Below are positions 61,917 to 64,000 of a stretch of 64,000 nucleotides of DNA, in pieces; within the stretch, counting starts at the first letter, position 1, and every line of letters begins with the position of its first letter. The stretch lies in assembly GCA_965112155.1 (NCBI GenBank), contig OZ218098.1; one strand, 5' to 3'. The notes under the pieces are model-generated. The model was not told where the DNA came from. It saw nothing but the letters and a program-made list of their open reading frames with translations, and ran no database searches. This DNA is from Podarcis liolepis. Its lineage: Eukaryota. The translations under genes were made by a program, and so were the position numbers.

Positions 61917-64000
61917 AATATGCCCAGGCTAATAATGGAATCTCCTTTTAAAAAAATATATAAATCAAAAATCTGTGGGGGGATACGTGATGTATAATAT
62001 ATTATGACGTATAAGATATTATGCTTCAGTGAGGAAAGGAGCTGGATCCCCAAGAGTCGATAAATCTGACTGCTAATGGCAGCCAGAAATTTAATTCTAG
62101 TGACCAGCGTTCCGCCAAAGGGTTACCCATTTTTCAAAACACTGGAAGCAAAGTGTTTTTTCCAAAACACTGGAGGCAGAAAGTGTCTCTATAAAAAAGA
62201 TGTTAGAGTGAGTCCCATGTTAGGATCTAGTATCAGTGTTAGGAGCTGGTGTTGGGTTTTCTTAATATTGATGTGGTCAGTGGTGCTACTCAGGTGTGTG
62301 TGTTTGTAATTATAACCTGCATGGCAGAACATCTGTGAGCTTTTCACAATTTAGCACACCTGAGGTATCTCAACAATTTAACTAATTAGCAGGGGGGAGT
62401 CTACCTACTGCACCGAATGCAGCGATGTGATAGGGTAATTGTTTATTTGAAAACTGTATTTAAGTTGATCAAGTGGTGTAGTGTGTACTGTTAGAGAATA
62501 CTGTTGAGGAGAGGTGTTGAGAAGAGGTGTTTTGCAGCTGTTTGATTATTATTTAAAAATAAAGTAAGCAAAGATATTGTGGGCAAGTTTTTATTCCATC
62601 GCCCCAGTAACTGCGTAAACTTGGTTGGCAAAGAAGGTCCAACAGCTGGGAAGGAGGGATTGCTACAAACAGTGTTAGAAACTGAGATATGAAAGCTAGA
62701 AGCTAAATGGCACCTTAAACCTAGGTTATGGGCACAACAACAGAATGTCTAGGCGCCCTTTTTTATAACAAGAATACAAAGCTGAAAATGAATGAACTGC
62801 AACTAAAATACTATGTTCATTTTTCACATGGTCTAGTCCTTCCCCTGCCCACCCCCCTAATATTCTTAAGAGGGTCTCTTCTCCAGTCTTCACACAATAG
62901 CTGGAAGTGGGGAGGCAGAAAAAGGTCTTCCTTTCCTTCCACTCTGCAGTTTTAATCTGAAATCTTAGGCACAGTACTGCGCCCAGAGCTCAGAAACTGC
63001 TTACCCTAATGAAATTATCTGTTGCAAAATGTGCCTAGAACAATGGGAGTTTGAACACTGGCTACAAATGCACCTTGCCCATTGATCTTCGCTTTGTGAA
63101 GCTCTTTTGACCAGTGGCAATTAAAAAGAATGCACCTATTTTACTCCTGTGGAGCAGGAAGGCTCACCTTGTTGCTAGAACCAGTGTTTGACTGCTATAT
63201 CCAGCCAAAATGTGTGGCTTTCTTTCATCTCTTAGGACTAACCTGAAACTGCTTTGAAGCAGGAGAATGATGGTGTGTGTGTTTGTGTGTACATGATATC
63301 AATGTGTTTGATAGGCGTGCAATGAAAAGACTATCAGGAGACAGCAGAGTAAGATCCAGGCAGCACAGGAGCCACAAAAGGCCCTCTCAAAGAGGCATAT
63401 ATCCAAGAATGGTGATTGGGCCTGGCAATGACACATGGCAGCTGCACAGTTTGCATTACATTGACACCCAGGTACCCCAGCTGGGTTCCAGGACTGCGCT
63501 GCCCACAGTGTCCCAATGTAGTATTTCTACAGTGTATTGAAATGGTGTATCAGACTTAGCCAGTGGGCACTGATCACAGCACTTTGCTGCCTACCTTATG
63601 CTATCATTGGGTTACCCTCACTGGAGTTTACTGGCATAGGACGTGCTCCACAAGAGAGCATTCTTCAGAAAAGACCTTTCAAACCTGTAACCTGGCCCTC
63701 AAGGTGATAGAAAGGGCTTGTTCTTATGGTGGGTTTTAGAGGGGAGACCTGGGAGGGAGGAATGGGACATATCTCAGTTGCAAGTTAATTTAATAAAGTG
63801 GCAATTCTACTTAATATGAACAAACTAGGCATATTTTGAGGAGCCCTAATAGGATTTTTTAGAACTGGCCTATGATGATGGGATACTTGTCCCCAATTTC
63901 TTACCATGTTAAGCATCTTTTTCTTTAAAAAAGCATTTTGATTCCCTCTGCCCTTCTCCCTCTTGAGACCAGTTTTCCACCGGATGCTTTCTTTGTGACC

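Noticed and set aside
56827-64000. WNT10A exon 4
   Set aside because: No CKCHG.SGSC or CCGRG-coding sequence in any frame of the ORF track; it is presumably downstream of the window.
1-64000. CRISPR array, operon or other prokaryote-type system
   Set aside because: The sequence is spliced vertebrate DNA, with no regularly spaced direct repeats or dense gene packing.

Overview
Vertebrate genomic DNA, very probably a squamate reptile (lacertid-like, judged from Sauria SINE, Squam-type SINEs, CR1 tails and Penelope remnants). The window covers the conserved head-to-tail WNT6-WNT10A gene pair on the + strand. It holds WNT6 coding exons 2-4 with a poly(A) signal at ~13.8 kb (exon 1 was not found and is presumably upstream). 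It also holds WNT10A coding exons 1-3 with a CpG-island promoter at ~27-28 kb (exon 4 was not found and is presumably downstream). The rest is intron and intergenic sequence with many transposon remnants: a 5'-truncated Rex1/Babar LINE, hAT, Tigger and Harbinger-like MITEs, SINEs and microsatellites. I see no new protein-coding system; nearly all other ORFs in the track are chance or GC-rich artefacts. The most unusual structures are in WNT10A intron 3. One is a TSD-flanked Penelope-like insertion forming a perfect, spacer-less 148-bp palindrome centred on a hammerhead-ribozyme stem. The other is a pri-miRNA-sized hairpin that is absent from a paralogous repeat copy in the same window. An intragenic WNT6 CpG island carries clustered NF-kB-like sites and shares an 18-bp motif with the WNT10A promoter. 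Repeat family names and orthologue comparisons come from recalled motifs, not database searches.
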